Positions 13,180 through 25,600 of a DNA stretch of 64,000 nucleotides are shown piece by piece; within the stretch, counting starts at the first letter, position 1, and every line of letters begins with the position of its first letter. Origin of the DNA: Prorocentrum cordatum (lineage: Eukaryota); NCBI GenBank assembly GCA_963575745.1, contig CAUYUJ010000034.1, positions 1-64,000 of the forward strand, in the 5' to 3' direction. The position numbers were made by a program, and so were the translations under genes. The notes under the pieces were generated by a model, which saw only the letters and a list, made by a program, of their open reading frames with translations, searched no databases and was not told the origin of the DNA.

Positions 13180-13860
13180 CCGACCCACCGACCGACCACA
13201 CGACCGGCCCACGACCGGCGCACGACCGACGCACGACCCACGCACGACCCACGCACGACCCACACACGACCGACGCACGACCGACGCACGAACGACGGCC
13301 GACCGACGCACGACCGACGCACCACCGACGCACCACCGAAGCACGACCGACGCACGACAGGCCGGTCCGACGTCTGCGACCCCCTCCCGAAGGAGTAACC
13401 ACCAGCACAGCCATCAGCACGACCACGCGCCGAACACCCAGCGCACCCGCCACCACAACCACCAGCACGACCACCCGCACAACAGCCAGCACGAACACCC
13501 GCACCAAAACCAGCAAGACAACCACCAGCAAAACCACCAGCAGAACCACTGGCACAACCACCAGCGCGGCCGAAACACGACCACCAGCACAACCGGAAAC
13601 ACGACCACCAACACAACCAGCACTGACGCAAGCACAACGACGTGAACCGCCACAAACCTGAGCAACAGCAAAACAACCAGCACAACCACAGACGCGACCA
13701 GCAGCACCAACACCAGAGCCGCCACCGACACAACACCACCACAACGGCCAAGACCACTAGCACAACCACCACCTCAGCCGCCAGTGCAATCGCCCACACA
13801 ACAATCAACACAACAGCGAGCACAACCGCGAACATAATCACCAGCACGAACCACCTGCAC
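13180..13860. repeat. (CGACGCACGAC)n minisatellite followed by an ACC/ACA-rich low-complexity tract
   Basis: Directly visible. Confidence 0.85.
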
Positions 13861-14990
13861 GACCACCCTCCCACATCAGCCTTCCCTCATCCACCTTCTC
13901 CTCCTCCGCCTTCTCCTCCTCCTCATCTTCCTCTTCCTTGTCCGTTTCCGCCTCATCCTCCTCCTGCCAGCCTGGTCCCGTTAAAGCCTCTCCTCCCCAC
14001 CTCGCTGGCTCCCTTCTCGCCCCCCTCGTTCCCCCACCCGTCGCCCCCCCGCCCGCCCTTTCTCACGACCGCAGACGTACGATGCCCCGCAGAAAGCTTC
14101 AAGATACAACACGACGGCCAGGGCCTTCCGGGACCGACGCCTCGGTGACCAGCACGCGGGCGGCATTTCCAAGGCGCCCTACCAGCCACTGGGTTCATTT
14201 CTCGGGTGTTCTTGGGAACGCCGCACACACCGAAAGCGAGGTGACAATCCGCTTGCCAGAACATAACACTCCATGACTTAACCCGCGAGGATCTGGCAAA
14301 GGAACACGCCCACTCGAGATACTGCCGCGCCCCCCAACCTCCCCGCAGGATGCCAATGCCAGGTGGAGCGCGTGGATCCCGAGCCCCGCGGCAGAGGGTC
14401 GGCAACGAGGTCGCCCTCACACCAACGCCAGTAGACGCAGATCTGATTCAACCGCCCACCCCATAGCCAAACAGGCCCATGCGCGGAGCCAATTCTGTTC
14501 CCACGAATGTTCTCACCTTGCATGCAGCGCGCAGCCTTTGCAAGCAGCGATGGCCCCGGAAAGGCACGAGCCCGAACGCCGCGCTGGCCACTCGCACGGA
14601 CCCCCCCTGCCCCCAGACACACAACACACAACACACACATCCCTTTGAGACCCGCATATTCACAACTGCGGAGAGCCAGCGAACAACAACTATTGACGTC
14701 GCAATACTCGGGCAACTCCGCAAAACCTGGCGCTTGCCCCAGCGCCCGCAACGTCACACACAAATCAAGGACAGGAACATCCACATCACGATTCCGCCCA
14801 GAAGAGCGTAGCCTGACGAACGCCGAACACTGACTAGCCCCCCAAACCAACGAGCACAGAAGCAAATGTTCCTGACGATCGCCGCCTGCGAACACGCTAC
14901 ATATCAACAGACCTCGGGATCCCAAGCTCCATCGGAAAAACGTAAATATATACATACACTCATTCAGACAGACGACCAAAGACACACGAT

Positions 14991-15425
<435 letters not shown>

Positions 15426-16144
15426 CTGTTTCGTTCGCGCGCGGTGGGGGCCGAGATGCCGCCGGCCCGTTCGGAAAGCACGCCCAGAGGCGTGAACCAC
15501 CGCTGGGCGAAGCGAGGCACAAAGGCGTGCCCCTGAAGGCCAAGAGGTGAAAACGGGGGGAGCGCCAGGTGGCGGGGGGCCGCGGGCCGCGGCGGGGAGC
15601 AGCGGGCAGCGGCGCCCGACGAGCGCCCGCGGGGAGGGCCCGAAGATGGCGGCGAGCGGCGGCCGCAGGCGGCAGGCGACGGCGCGGCACCGAGGGGGCG
15701 ACGCCGAACGGGCGTGGGCACGGATGGGCAGCGAGCGGCGGAAGCCAGGCTCCGACACCGCAGGAAGGTGCCAGGAGAGGGCCTGCGCGGGACCACGACG
15801 CGTGTTCAGAGGAAGCCAGCGGCGAGGCGGGAGTGCACGGAGCCGCTTCCAGAGATCGGCACGCATTGTTCTCCAGTAGACGTGAAGATCTGTTGGAACA
15901 CCATGTGGGACCTGCTCGAAAGCAGAAACCTACCGTGAACGGATCTGCCTTTTCTCCGACCCTGTCCTGCGCCGAACGCAACGGTCGCGTGGTCTATAGA
16001 CGTGTCCACAGACGCTTGCGGCTAGAAAGAGAAAGCGATATTTGGCAAAGGCCAGGAGCTTGGTCTTCTGGACTTGGCCCTCCACAATATTCGAATACGA
16101 CAACGGGGACCGGGAGCAGAACGGAAAAGAAGGAGAAGAGGGGA

Positions 16145-16195
<51 letters not shown>

Positions 16196-16488
16196 GAGGA
16201 CGACCATCTCGCGAATATGTGATCTGACTTATTTTGTTTCTCCCTCTCCCCTGCACCCGCCCGCGAGGTCTACGAACCAAGCCCATTCTTAAGAGGCTTC
16301 TTCTCACACCAGCTCCTGGGAGAAATACTCGGCAGTGCACTCTATTTCTGCACACCGCGCCGCTGCGGCCGTCATGCGAGCAAACTGCGGGGAAGCCTCG
16401 GGAGAGAGCGCCACTTCTGAATTTGGGGGGGCTCCAGGGCGTAACGGAGTGAACTGTGTGGAAGGCTTGGCCTGGGCGGTGGCTGAGT

Positions 16489-16679
16489 CTCGGGGGCGCG
16501 CAAACATGGATTAGCGATCCATGCATTTGGCGCGCGGTCGCCAAATCCATGGATCGGGGCCCCCTCCCCGAAATGCAGCCAGTGTCGCCTCGTTCGGCGG
16601 CGGAAATCCGCGATTTCAAATGGAAACGGGACCCGTCGCTAATCCACGCCCCCTTGATCCATGTTTGCGATCGCCCGAG
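16489..16679. mobile_element. Candidate MITE (191 bp)
   Basis: Imperfect ~24-bp TIRs CTCGGGGGCGCGCAAACATGGAT / ATCCATGTTTGCGATCGCCCGAG, flanked by AGT on both sides (possible 3-bp TSD). Confidence 0.55.
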
Positions 16680-18142
16680 AGTCGGGGCCCAGTACCTTCA
16701 CCCCAAGACCCAGGGATTCCCCCTGCACGACGGGAGAAAGGGACCCACTCGGGCGCCCCCAGGACGGAGGGGGGGGGGGAAGCAGCCAGGGCAGGAGCAG
16801 GATGGAGCAGGAGGACGCGCGCACGACTCGGGGCAGGGGGCCGCGGCATACGCCTGCCCCCTTGCCAGCCTGCCCCCATCGGAGAAGCCCCACCGCCTGA
16901 AGTCAGAAGAGGCGAAATCAAGGGCTCCCAGCTTCGCGCTTCGCGCTGCGCGAAGCGCGAAGTGCGAATAACTTCGCGCTCTCGCGCCGCCTCCCAGGGG
17001 AGAAGAGGAGGATGAGGAATCGGAGCCGAACCGCGAAGCGCGAAGCGCGAATAACTTCGCGCCCTCGAGGGCGCCCTTGAATCCAGATGGAGCAAGCCCA
17101 GGCGGAGGCCGAGCACTCCGTGCGGACTTGCTCCGCACGGGCTCGACATCCAAGCAGGAGAGGCCGAGTCCAGGCGGAGTACAGCCCAGACTTGGATCGA
17201 GCACCCCGAAACTGACAGCAAGGCTGCGCGATGAGGATGCGAGCCCCGTGGACGCCCCTGCCGAAGCTCTCCGAGCGGGGCTGGCCTTCGCAGGCGGTTG
17301 GAGCGCGGACCCGAAGAGGCGAGGATGCAGGGGTGCCCTTGGGAGGGCTGCCTATCCGTGCCGTCGCTCTCGCCATGCAGCACCCTCCGGCGCAGGAGCC
17401 CCCCCGTCGGGCGCCCGCGACCGGCCGCCCCGCGCCCCGTCCGGGGCGGCCCGCCCGCGGACGACCCCCCCCCTCGCCCCGGCCAGGGCGAGGCCGCCCA
17501 CGGCCCGGGCCCGGTTTGGGGGGCGCAGGGCGCGGCCGTGCGCGCTCGGCGCTCGCGGGGCCCTGCGCGCGCGGGGCCCCGGCCGCGCGGCGGCCGGATC
17601 GCGACCGGCTCGCGGCCGCAGTGGTGCCTCCGGGCCTCTCGGGCCCCCGATCGGGCCCCTCTCGCCCAGCCGCCGCGGCGGTCTCCGACGGGGCACCGTC
17701 GAGGCGAGGAGCAGCCCGCGCTTCCCCGCCGTTCGGCGAGGTCGAGGTGTCCGGCCGCCTCCAGCGCAGGCGTAGGTCGAGCGACGTCGTGTGCAGGGCA
17801 TGGTTCGGTGGCAACTCACGGGAGCCTCCCGTGCCATCTGGCCGGCTCTGGCGAAACAACGCCAGCCGACGCTGGTCGACGCCAACCGACGCTAATCGGC
17901 GCTCAATCGACGCTGATCGGCGTTAACTGGCGCTTATCATCGATTACCAGACGCTAGCGCGCTAGTGCACTCTGAAGACGCAATTACGATGATATACGAA
18001 GCACGGGGCGTCTCAATGCAGTGAAGGCGGCAAACATTACAGGACTTCCAAGTGCGCCTCGTCTTGAGCCGAGCACTGACGGCGCAAAAGCTCAGATGCT
18101 GTATCCACGGGCACGGGGGACTCACGAAGCCTGTACACCAAA

Positions 18143-19555
18143 TCAATTCAACTGTGTGTACAGCGTCCACGGATAACGTGGGAAGTAGTTTTCCTTATAC
18201 CACTTTCCCATAGAGGCCGACCATGTGCCACCACTTACAGAGCTGACAGTTTCGTCCCAACGCTGCAACGCCAATCGCGGCATGTTGATTACGCATGCCC
18301 CCCTCTCCTCTGAAAGCTGCATCAAATAAGATTCTGCACTCGAACCAGGCTTTGAAGAACTGCGTCGCAAAAGCCACCGTGCAGCATCCGGAACGAGCGC
18401 ATAGGCGCTGCTAAAAGCCACCCCGTTTGCCAAATGCACGCCTTCATCTGTGGGGCCAAGCCAGCCATTCAATGCAGATGTAAGGCCACGCACAAAAATC
18501 CCATCCAGATAAAACAAGTCGACGTTTTTGCCGAGGTTGTGCGCTGCCATCGCCCATGATGCCTGCAGAAGATCCTTCCAATGCCGATGCAGAACAACAT
18601 CATCTTCAAGCACGAGCGCGCAGGCATCGTCAGGCAGGACAGCGATGCGACGCCATGCCAAGACATGTGACGCAGTATTTGCTAGCACGCCGCTCGGAGC
18701 GACCTCAAGCTCTTCAGCCAGCTCAGCAACCACGGCGTCAGAGGGCGTGCAGGCTGACAGCCTTTCTAAATAAATTCCGTGTAGAACTGCAGTTTCTTCC
18801 ATCTGGGCGCGGCGAACCTGGTGAGAATCTAAGTTGATGTAAAAAGACGCAGCAAGGTCAGGTTGGCCGAACCTTGTCAACGAGACTGGGTCCGCTTTGT
18901 CGTGCTCCAAATTGAACGGGTGCAGTGTAGCGATACAAATCTCCCGTGACTCACTAACAGATCGCCAAACGGTCGATATCTCGCCGAGGTAACCGAGCTG
19001 CGAAACGAAGTCATCCTCACCTTGATCAGCATCCTCCCATGCAAAAATGCATGCGTAAAAACGTAAATGCGATAAGCATGCCCGCAGCGTATGCTCAAAT
19101 GGCCGATGATTTACACGGTCGTAAAACGCGTCTGAAGCTACAATGATCCGGGGTGAGGCGTTGCTATCGTCCAAAAAAGATAAAGCTGTCTTCAAACATG
19201 ACAAGTTCCAGTCACCCCATTCCAAGGGGAAAGCCGTCATCAAAATATCCGAAGATATGCGGTTTCCTGCAGCGTTGGCCATGCACAAGTCTAGCGCAAC
19301 AGGGTCTCCATCTGTGGCTGCTACCCGAGACGCACCCAAGCAAGCACAGACAACAGCACACAAACCAGCTCCACTACCAAGTTCCAACACTGATGCACAT
19401 TGTGGAATTCGGTCTGGATTCTCACAGAGCCAAGAAGCTAATGCTTCCCCAGCTCTAGAAACGATACCACCCGTCTCGTTGCAAGCCATGCAACTCTGTT
19501 GTATGCGGACCGGTCGCAAGCCAGCGAGAGAAAAGTCTCGACATGATTCCAGCAT
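18143..19555 (-). CDS. Intronless 470-aa fusion: Methyltransf_16-type (METTL21-like) SAM-dependent protein methyltransferase plus GT25 glycosyltransferase
   Basis: N-terminal half has VLELGSGAGL, VAATD, LEWG and IIVASDAFY (DxxY-like). C-terminal half has FYINL...RRAQM, G...SH..AW and ALVLEDD. ATG to stop is intact in non-repetitive sequence. Confidence 0.85.
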   Translation of the reverse strand: MLESCRDFSLAGLRPVRIQQSCMACNETGGIVSRAGEALASWLCENPDRIPQCASVLELGSGAGLCAVVCACLGASRVAATDGDPVALDLCMANAAGNRISSDILMTAFPLEWGDWNLSCLKTALSFLDDSNASPRIIVASDAFYDRVNHRPFEHTLRACLSHLRFYACIFAWEDADQGEDDFVSQLGYLGEISTVWRSVSESREICIATLHPFNLEHDKADPVSLTRFGQPDLAASFYINLDSHQVRRAQMEETAVLHGIYLERLSACTPSDAVVAELAEELEVAPSGVLANTASHVLAWRRIAVLPDDACALVLEDDVVLHRHWKDLLQASWAMAAHNLGKNVDLFYLDGIFVRGLTSALNGWLGPTDEGVHLANGVAFSSAYALVPDAARWLLRRSSSKPGSSAESYLMQLSEERGACVINMPRLALQRWDETVSSVSGGTWSASMGKWYKENYFPRYPWTLYTQLN

Positions 19556-19575
19556 GGACTACTGTTTTATGATCA

Positions 19576-19591
19576 CTGAGCCAAACGTGCT
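19576..19591 (-). other. Candidate relic spliced leader 20 nt upstream of the ATG
   Basis: Minus strand reads AGCACGTTTGGCTCAG versus DinoSL AGCCATTTTGGCTCAAG, sharing the TTTGGCTCA core. Confidence 0.5.
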
Positions 19592-20799
19592 TAGAACACG
19601 TCAAGAAAAGTCTGCATTCAGGTAATTCGGCCGCTGCTAAAGTTTGGTTCGAGAATCTCAAAAACCACCCACTGGGTGCGATCAAAACTTTACTTTTAAT
19701 TATGTCACTTCCTCACATGGGCACCCTGCGGCAACTGGACCGGAAATACAAACTACACCTACAGCTCATGAGACCGAATGGGCTCACAGTCACTGCGGGT
19801 GCAACTTTGAAAACACAACATTCCACAGACACAAAAACTGGGCTGTCGAAAAGAACGCCATGCTCTAAAAATGGTGATTGGGGAGGTGCTGGGGTACTGG
19901 GCACGAGGAAGCATCGTCACTCAACATCGGGCAGCCACCACGGATTCATACCAGAAGAATTGGACAACGAAAGGTATATCAGAACCATTGCATCGTGCAT
20001 GTTGCGGACGCTCGCACGGAGTCTGCACTATCCGCCCAACCCCAAGGGAGGCTTTAGGGAATGTTCCATTTCTCAAAGAGCATGCTATGCATAGATACGT
20101 TCGGGAAGACAAGACCTCCAACATCCTTCGTTGATGAGGACGCTCCAAAGAGAGGCGAGACTCGAATAGCTAGACTCTCTGGTGATGCGTCCAGGAAACT
20201 TGGCACAACTCAAAATCGAAATGGGAACTCATCTGTACCCTGTCCCACACGTGCCCGCACCTACGCCATCCCCAAGTTTGCCTCTGGCTGCCGTGGGACC
20301 AGGCCATCGGACTGTCGGGCCAAAAGCGAAGAGAAGCATACCGTAGGCTCCGATGGCGGCATTGACTCGATCTTGCCTGAAATGCTGGCCAAGACACGAC
20401 AGAACGGAGTCAAGACGAAGACGACATGTATAGAAACTGCAGAGGTATAGCCGAATGAAAAGGCAAAGTATGCTCTTTCATGATATCCAACCATGCGAAC
20501 TGCTTTATGATCAGTTGTGTAACTGCTTTCACACCGCTGTGAAGCACATGTGTGAAAATATTGTGTTTACGAGCCCGATTGCACATCGACCTTATCGACT
20601 CGAGCTGATACTGACATCCGTTCCGCTCCGAAATTGATCGTTAATGTTGTTTCCTCTTCCTACATATCAAAAGTTGACGCTAAATGTAACTAAGATGTTG
20701 ATGACCAGCTTCGTCAAACAACTCCCGAACCCCAAGGGTTTTTTGAGAAGGGCCGGCTATGGTGCCGCGCCGGTAAACGCGGTGTCCGCGGGCTACATT

Positions 20800-21720
20800 C
20801 CTGCCTCGGAATGACGCCCTCGCCTCAGCGCTGGCCACCTCCCTGCCTCGCGGAGCGAAGCTTTCGCACTGGCGCCAGCCGCACCCCCAGCCACGGAGCG
20901 GTGCGCTCGCCACCGCGCCAGCCACGGTATTGCCTCAGACTGGTGGACCCGCACGAACGACGCTCATACCCCTGCCTCTAGGGGAAGAAACAGCGGCACA
21001 AATATGAATTTTCGGTGCCACTAGCGGCCCCAGGGGCGCCGCCAGGGGGGCCTAGCGCAGATCCAAAAAATCCTCGCAAAGCTCGAAAGTGGATGCCTCG
21101 GAGCGGCGCTCTGGCCACAGCATTTCAGCCACGCTCCTGCCTCAGAGCGGTGGTCCCGCCTGAACGCCGCTCACACTCCGGCCTCTCGGGAGAGAAACAG
21201 TGGCATGAATACGAACTGTTACTAATCCGTGCGGATTCCTTAAATAGGCGCTGAGCACGCCAAGCGCGCCACAGGCGGCGCCGGGGGCGCCGCCATCGGG
21301 GCCTAGCGCGGATCCAAAGAAATCGTCGCGGAGTTCCGAATGTTTATGCCTCGGAGCGGTGCTCCCGCCACCGCGCTGACCACGCTCCTGCCTCAGATCG
21401 GTGATCTCGCCTTGGCGCTGGCCACGTGTACGCCCCGAAATGTGCCGCTTGCGCCCAGAGCGCTTGCCGAAGCTAGGTAGCGACACCCGATCCGAATACC
21501 CACCAACCATTGATTCTCCTGAATCGAAGGGAGGCGGAAGTAGGGTTCAGGTTTTGCCACGTGTTCGAAGAATGCCGAACCCAACCCCCGCCGCCCATCG
21601 AGTCGCCTGAAACGTTCATCGGCGAGACTAGGGGTCAGATTTCGCCGCCGAAAAGCCCTGCCTCGGAGCGGTGCTCTTGTCCGTGGAGCTGGCCGCACCT
21701 CCTGCCCCCACAGGAGGTGC
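20800..21720. repeat. Diverged modular repeat
   Basis: Recurrent CCTGCCTCGGAGCGGTGCTC, plus two copies of GGGGCGCCGCCA..GGGGCCTAGCGC.GATCCAAA.AA(A)TC (~21030 and ~21285). Confidence 0.6.
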
Positions 21721-22344
21721 TCTCGCCCTGCCTCTGGCCACTGCCCTGTCTCGCAGTGGTGCTCTCGTCCTGGCGTTGGAGTGGAAGGTGGGGGCACAGG
21801 GCTGGACCACGAGGTAGGAAGCTGAGAACCCTACTCTCAGGATAACGTCGGCGACGTATCGAAGCACCCCACAACTCATCCGTTGATGGCAATCAAGAGG
21901 ACAGATAAGAGAGGAGCCATGGGAAGGAAAGATGCACCATAAAGGGACATGGCCTACGTCCGTTGCTAAGATCCCAATTGAGGCGATGTCTTGGGCCAAG
22001 ACAGCGCCGGATATAGCGTTCGCTATACAGCCCCCCCTCCAAACTCGTCGAAAGTCGGGAGGGGAGGGACCGAACGCTGGATCAAAGTCCTGATTAATGA
22101 AGTTTCGACAGAATAAAGGATAGGCACGTTGTTATTCAAAACCCCTACCAGCATACAGTACCAAGGCACAGAAGAAGAAGCGCTAAGCATTAGGGTTGGT
22201 CATGGCGCGGCCACGGTCAGCCGCAGACGATTATGGGTAGTCACGGGCAAATCCACATGACTGACCACCCACAGACGATTAGAAGGGGACGCCCAGCCAG
22301 TGGGCTGGTCGTGAAAGCGTGCAGCTGGCACGGGGATATGATGA

Positions 22345-22504
22345 TATATGTATATCTACACACATACATACATACATACCTACCTACCTACATACATACA
22401 TACATACACACATGCATGCATGCATGCATGCATGCATGCATGCATACATACATACATACATACATACATACATACATACATACATAAATACATACATACA
22501 TACA

Positions 22505-22535
<31 letters not shown>

Positions 22536-22590
22536 TTACATACATACATACATACTACATATACATATAAATATATATATATATATATTA
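22345..22590. repeat. (CATA)n/(CATG)n microsatellite
   Basis: Directly visible. Confidence 0.95.
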
Positions 22591-22639
22591 TCATACGGTC
22601 TGAATTAAGCCTTCAAACCAATTGTTCGCATGAAATTTT

Positions 22640-25600
22640 TAATAAACAAAATCCTCCCCCCCCCCCCAAAAAAAAGAGGCCCAGGCACTCGGGCACTCAT
22701 GGTAGCTGCGTCGCCACGGGCATCTATGCCCGTGGCCGGGCCAAGATGACCACACTGTAAACATTCATGCCCGTGTCCGCGCAAAGATCAATACTTGTCT
22801 GAGTTTGAGTAGTCGTCCCCATTCGTGTCCACTGGCCCTGGATAGGGCGCCCCTGTGTTGGCGCTGTTTTTCTTGCGTCGATTGGGCATGCACGTCTTCA
22901 CTTCGTAGCTGAAGGGTTGGTTTCCATCAGTTGCAGCAGCAACGCACGGTCGATACAAGCTCTGGCATGGCCGTCCACGGTCATATATCGCGCATCACAC
23001 CCGTGTACGCGATGAACTATGGCACGGCCCATCATCTGTCTCATCCGGCTGCTATGCCCCAACAGGATACGTTCGGTCGACTTCTGCATGTCCTTACTCG
23101 GCAAGAACTTGAAGACCAACTCAGCGTCTGTAGCAAGGATGATCTTACTGCTGAGACCACCTACCTCCGACATGTCCTGAAGTAAACTAGGTGTTAAGGG
23201 GTCCAATATTAAGCCCATGCAGCGTAACTACAGTAGGATAGCAGTCCACAAAATGATGAGCGGCTGCCAGTGCTTCAGCTGAGTAGCCGGAGCGCACCTG
23301 CGAGCGATGCGACTTGCAGCATACATCCATCAGGTGTACTACTGCTTTGCAGTTGGGCGTGTCCACGCAGTAAAAAGGGAGCTCCTCGGACGCCATACCC
23401 CTTTACGTCGGAATATTCGTCCCCTTTAAGGCGACGGTATCCTGAGTCACCACGAAGGTCCACTTCCTGTCGGAGTCATCAGTTAGTACATTCTTATATT
23501 CGGACCGTGCTGCAGTTTGCGCGTGGCAACGCTAAGTATTCGCACTTGGGGGCTTGTGGGTTCCTGTACACGCTGCAATAACTTCTACACATCTGACGTA
23601 TTTGTCCGTGGTTTCCCCCACTCCTGCCATGTTGATATCGTCAACGTGGTTGGCTGTCAGGAGGTTTGGGCATGTTTCAAAATTGTTCATCATATGATGT
23701 GGGCTTCAGTCCGAAACCTCGCAGGATGTTCTGAGCTTCAGTGAGACTTCCCTAGTGGCGTCTTTGGTACGTGCGCCTGGTTTAAGGCACTGAAGGCAGC
23801 GCTTTGACTCGCCAAAGGACAGAACCAGGCAGCTCACGAAGAACCGAGGCTGAGACAGGTGGAAGAGTGAAGCATGCCATGCGCTCTTTCTCGCAGGTGG
23901 CCTCTGCCAACTCACGGCTAGTCAGACCATTCAAGAAAGCCTTGTCGACGTCCATGGATGCTGTGACCCACTGTTTCTTGCACGCGGCCGCGCTGGCGAG
24001 CCGTCTCTGGGTTGCTCGCCGAGCTGTGCCTGAGAAGGTTTCTGCGTCGAATGCTTCGGGGCCCATAATTACAGCCCCCGAGAACAAGGCGGAGTCGCAT
24101 GGATCGCTCCTTTTCGCCTTTGCCGTTCTTGGCCAACTTCCACTTGTAGACACATCTAGAGGCCATGATGTTGGTAGCATTCCTGATGTCTTACATCCTG
24201 AAACATCTTTTGTCATACCATATGTTCAGCTCGGTGTACAAAGCCTTAGATGCATTTGTCAAGTTGGCTTGAATTCTGCCTGATCAGGAGAGCGTCATTC
24301 TTGACAACTGCAGCTCTTCTTGCTGCGTCCGAATCATATACACACATATTGGTTACTTGGTCGCTGTGCAGTGACTCTATTTTTGCTCTGATAGACCGAC
24401 CTTGGCCACGTCAGCTGTAAATCACATCTCGACATACCAGCCGTGGTCGTCCGATTCGAGATCGTAAGTCTCCTCGTATTCAGCGGTCCAAGGTACCAGC
24501 AAGGTTTCGTCGGTGTCGCGATCCCAAACATAAGCTATTCCTCGCAGGTGTCTTTGCCCTTCACTGGCCACAGCCACGAGCACGTGGTTGTCGGTAACCA
24601 TGTCTGCGGGAACCGAACACAAGGACTCCCATGAGGGGGTCTCAAGTAGTTCCGTCTCCTTTTGGAGCTTCACATACTACATGTCCAAAATATGTGCTTC
24701 CCGATATGTATCTGGCTCTTCAATGATAGACGGTAGTCCACCGTCAAGGACGGCCGGTGCTGGAGGTCTGTCCTTCATTTGGACGCGGCCTCCTGTCGCT
24801 GGCGTGTCCGCCAGGTCCTCAAGCCTTGAGGGGGCATCATCAAAGGCTGCTCAAGGGTTTGATGACTTTAAGCACTCCCGTGCTTGCGCGGTGCCAGTGA
24901 TGTCACAAGTATCGAGCGCGGTACCTTGCAATTCGTAATAGTGGGATCCTGATGTAACGTCGTTATCATAATATACCAGGGCACAGCTGTCAGCGCAGGG
25001 TGCTGCCAGTAACCTGCGGATGCTTCTAACCAGACGCACAGTTACAGTGGCTGCGATCCGAAATGAGTTTCTCATGCGAAACTGCAGGGTTAAGCTTACT
25101 TCGGGCGAGAGACGGCTCGCTCTAGATAGCCGCCGGTTTCCCTGCTTGGTCGACGGGTAGCCAAAGACCATGACAGGTTTCCCCGATGGGCAAGCTCGCG
25201 ATAAAGGCCAACACCGTTCGCAGCGCCGTCGTGTCAGGGCCGGCCTCGCAGATCATGAGTACTTCAATACTTACTGTGTGTCGTAAGTCTGGGCATTGCA
25301 CCAAGACTTCCCGACCTCCTACCTGCGCCGCTGCTTAACTACGGTCAGGGCCGTTACGGGCGGTAGTGCATGGTCCGTTCCATCCGCCCCAATCGTCCTT
25401 GGCAGGCGGTCGGACGATGGTAGTCCACGAGATCCCCTGGCCGATGGTTGTGGCGTCCCGCTGCTGTCGCTTTCGTGCGTAGGGCTCTATTCGTTTTGGC
25501 TACAGCTGTGGCGTGTCATGGCCTCAATGTTTACTGATATGATGATTTGCTCTCGTTTGTGATCGGACGGTTCCGTCACCTGTTGGTGTATCAGCACAGG

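Noticed and set aside
14380..14720. VYWRWCEGDLVADPLPR as a DIRS-type RNase H relic
   Set aside because: A single weak motif, with no RT or recombinase recognisable nearby.
18063..18074. CTTGAGCC as an SL relic
   Set aside because: Only 8 nt match and it lies downstream of the gene.
21830..22650. 3' LTR of the copia element
   Set aside because: The position after the polypurine tract fits, but no second LTR is present to define its boundaries.
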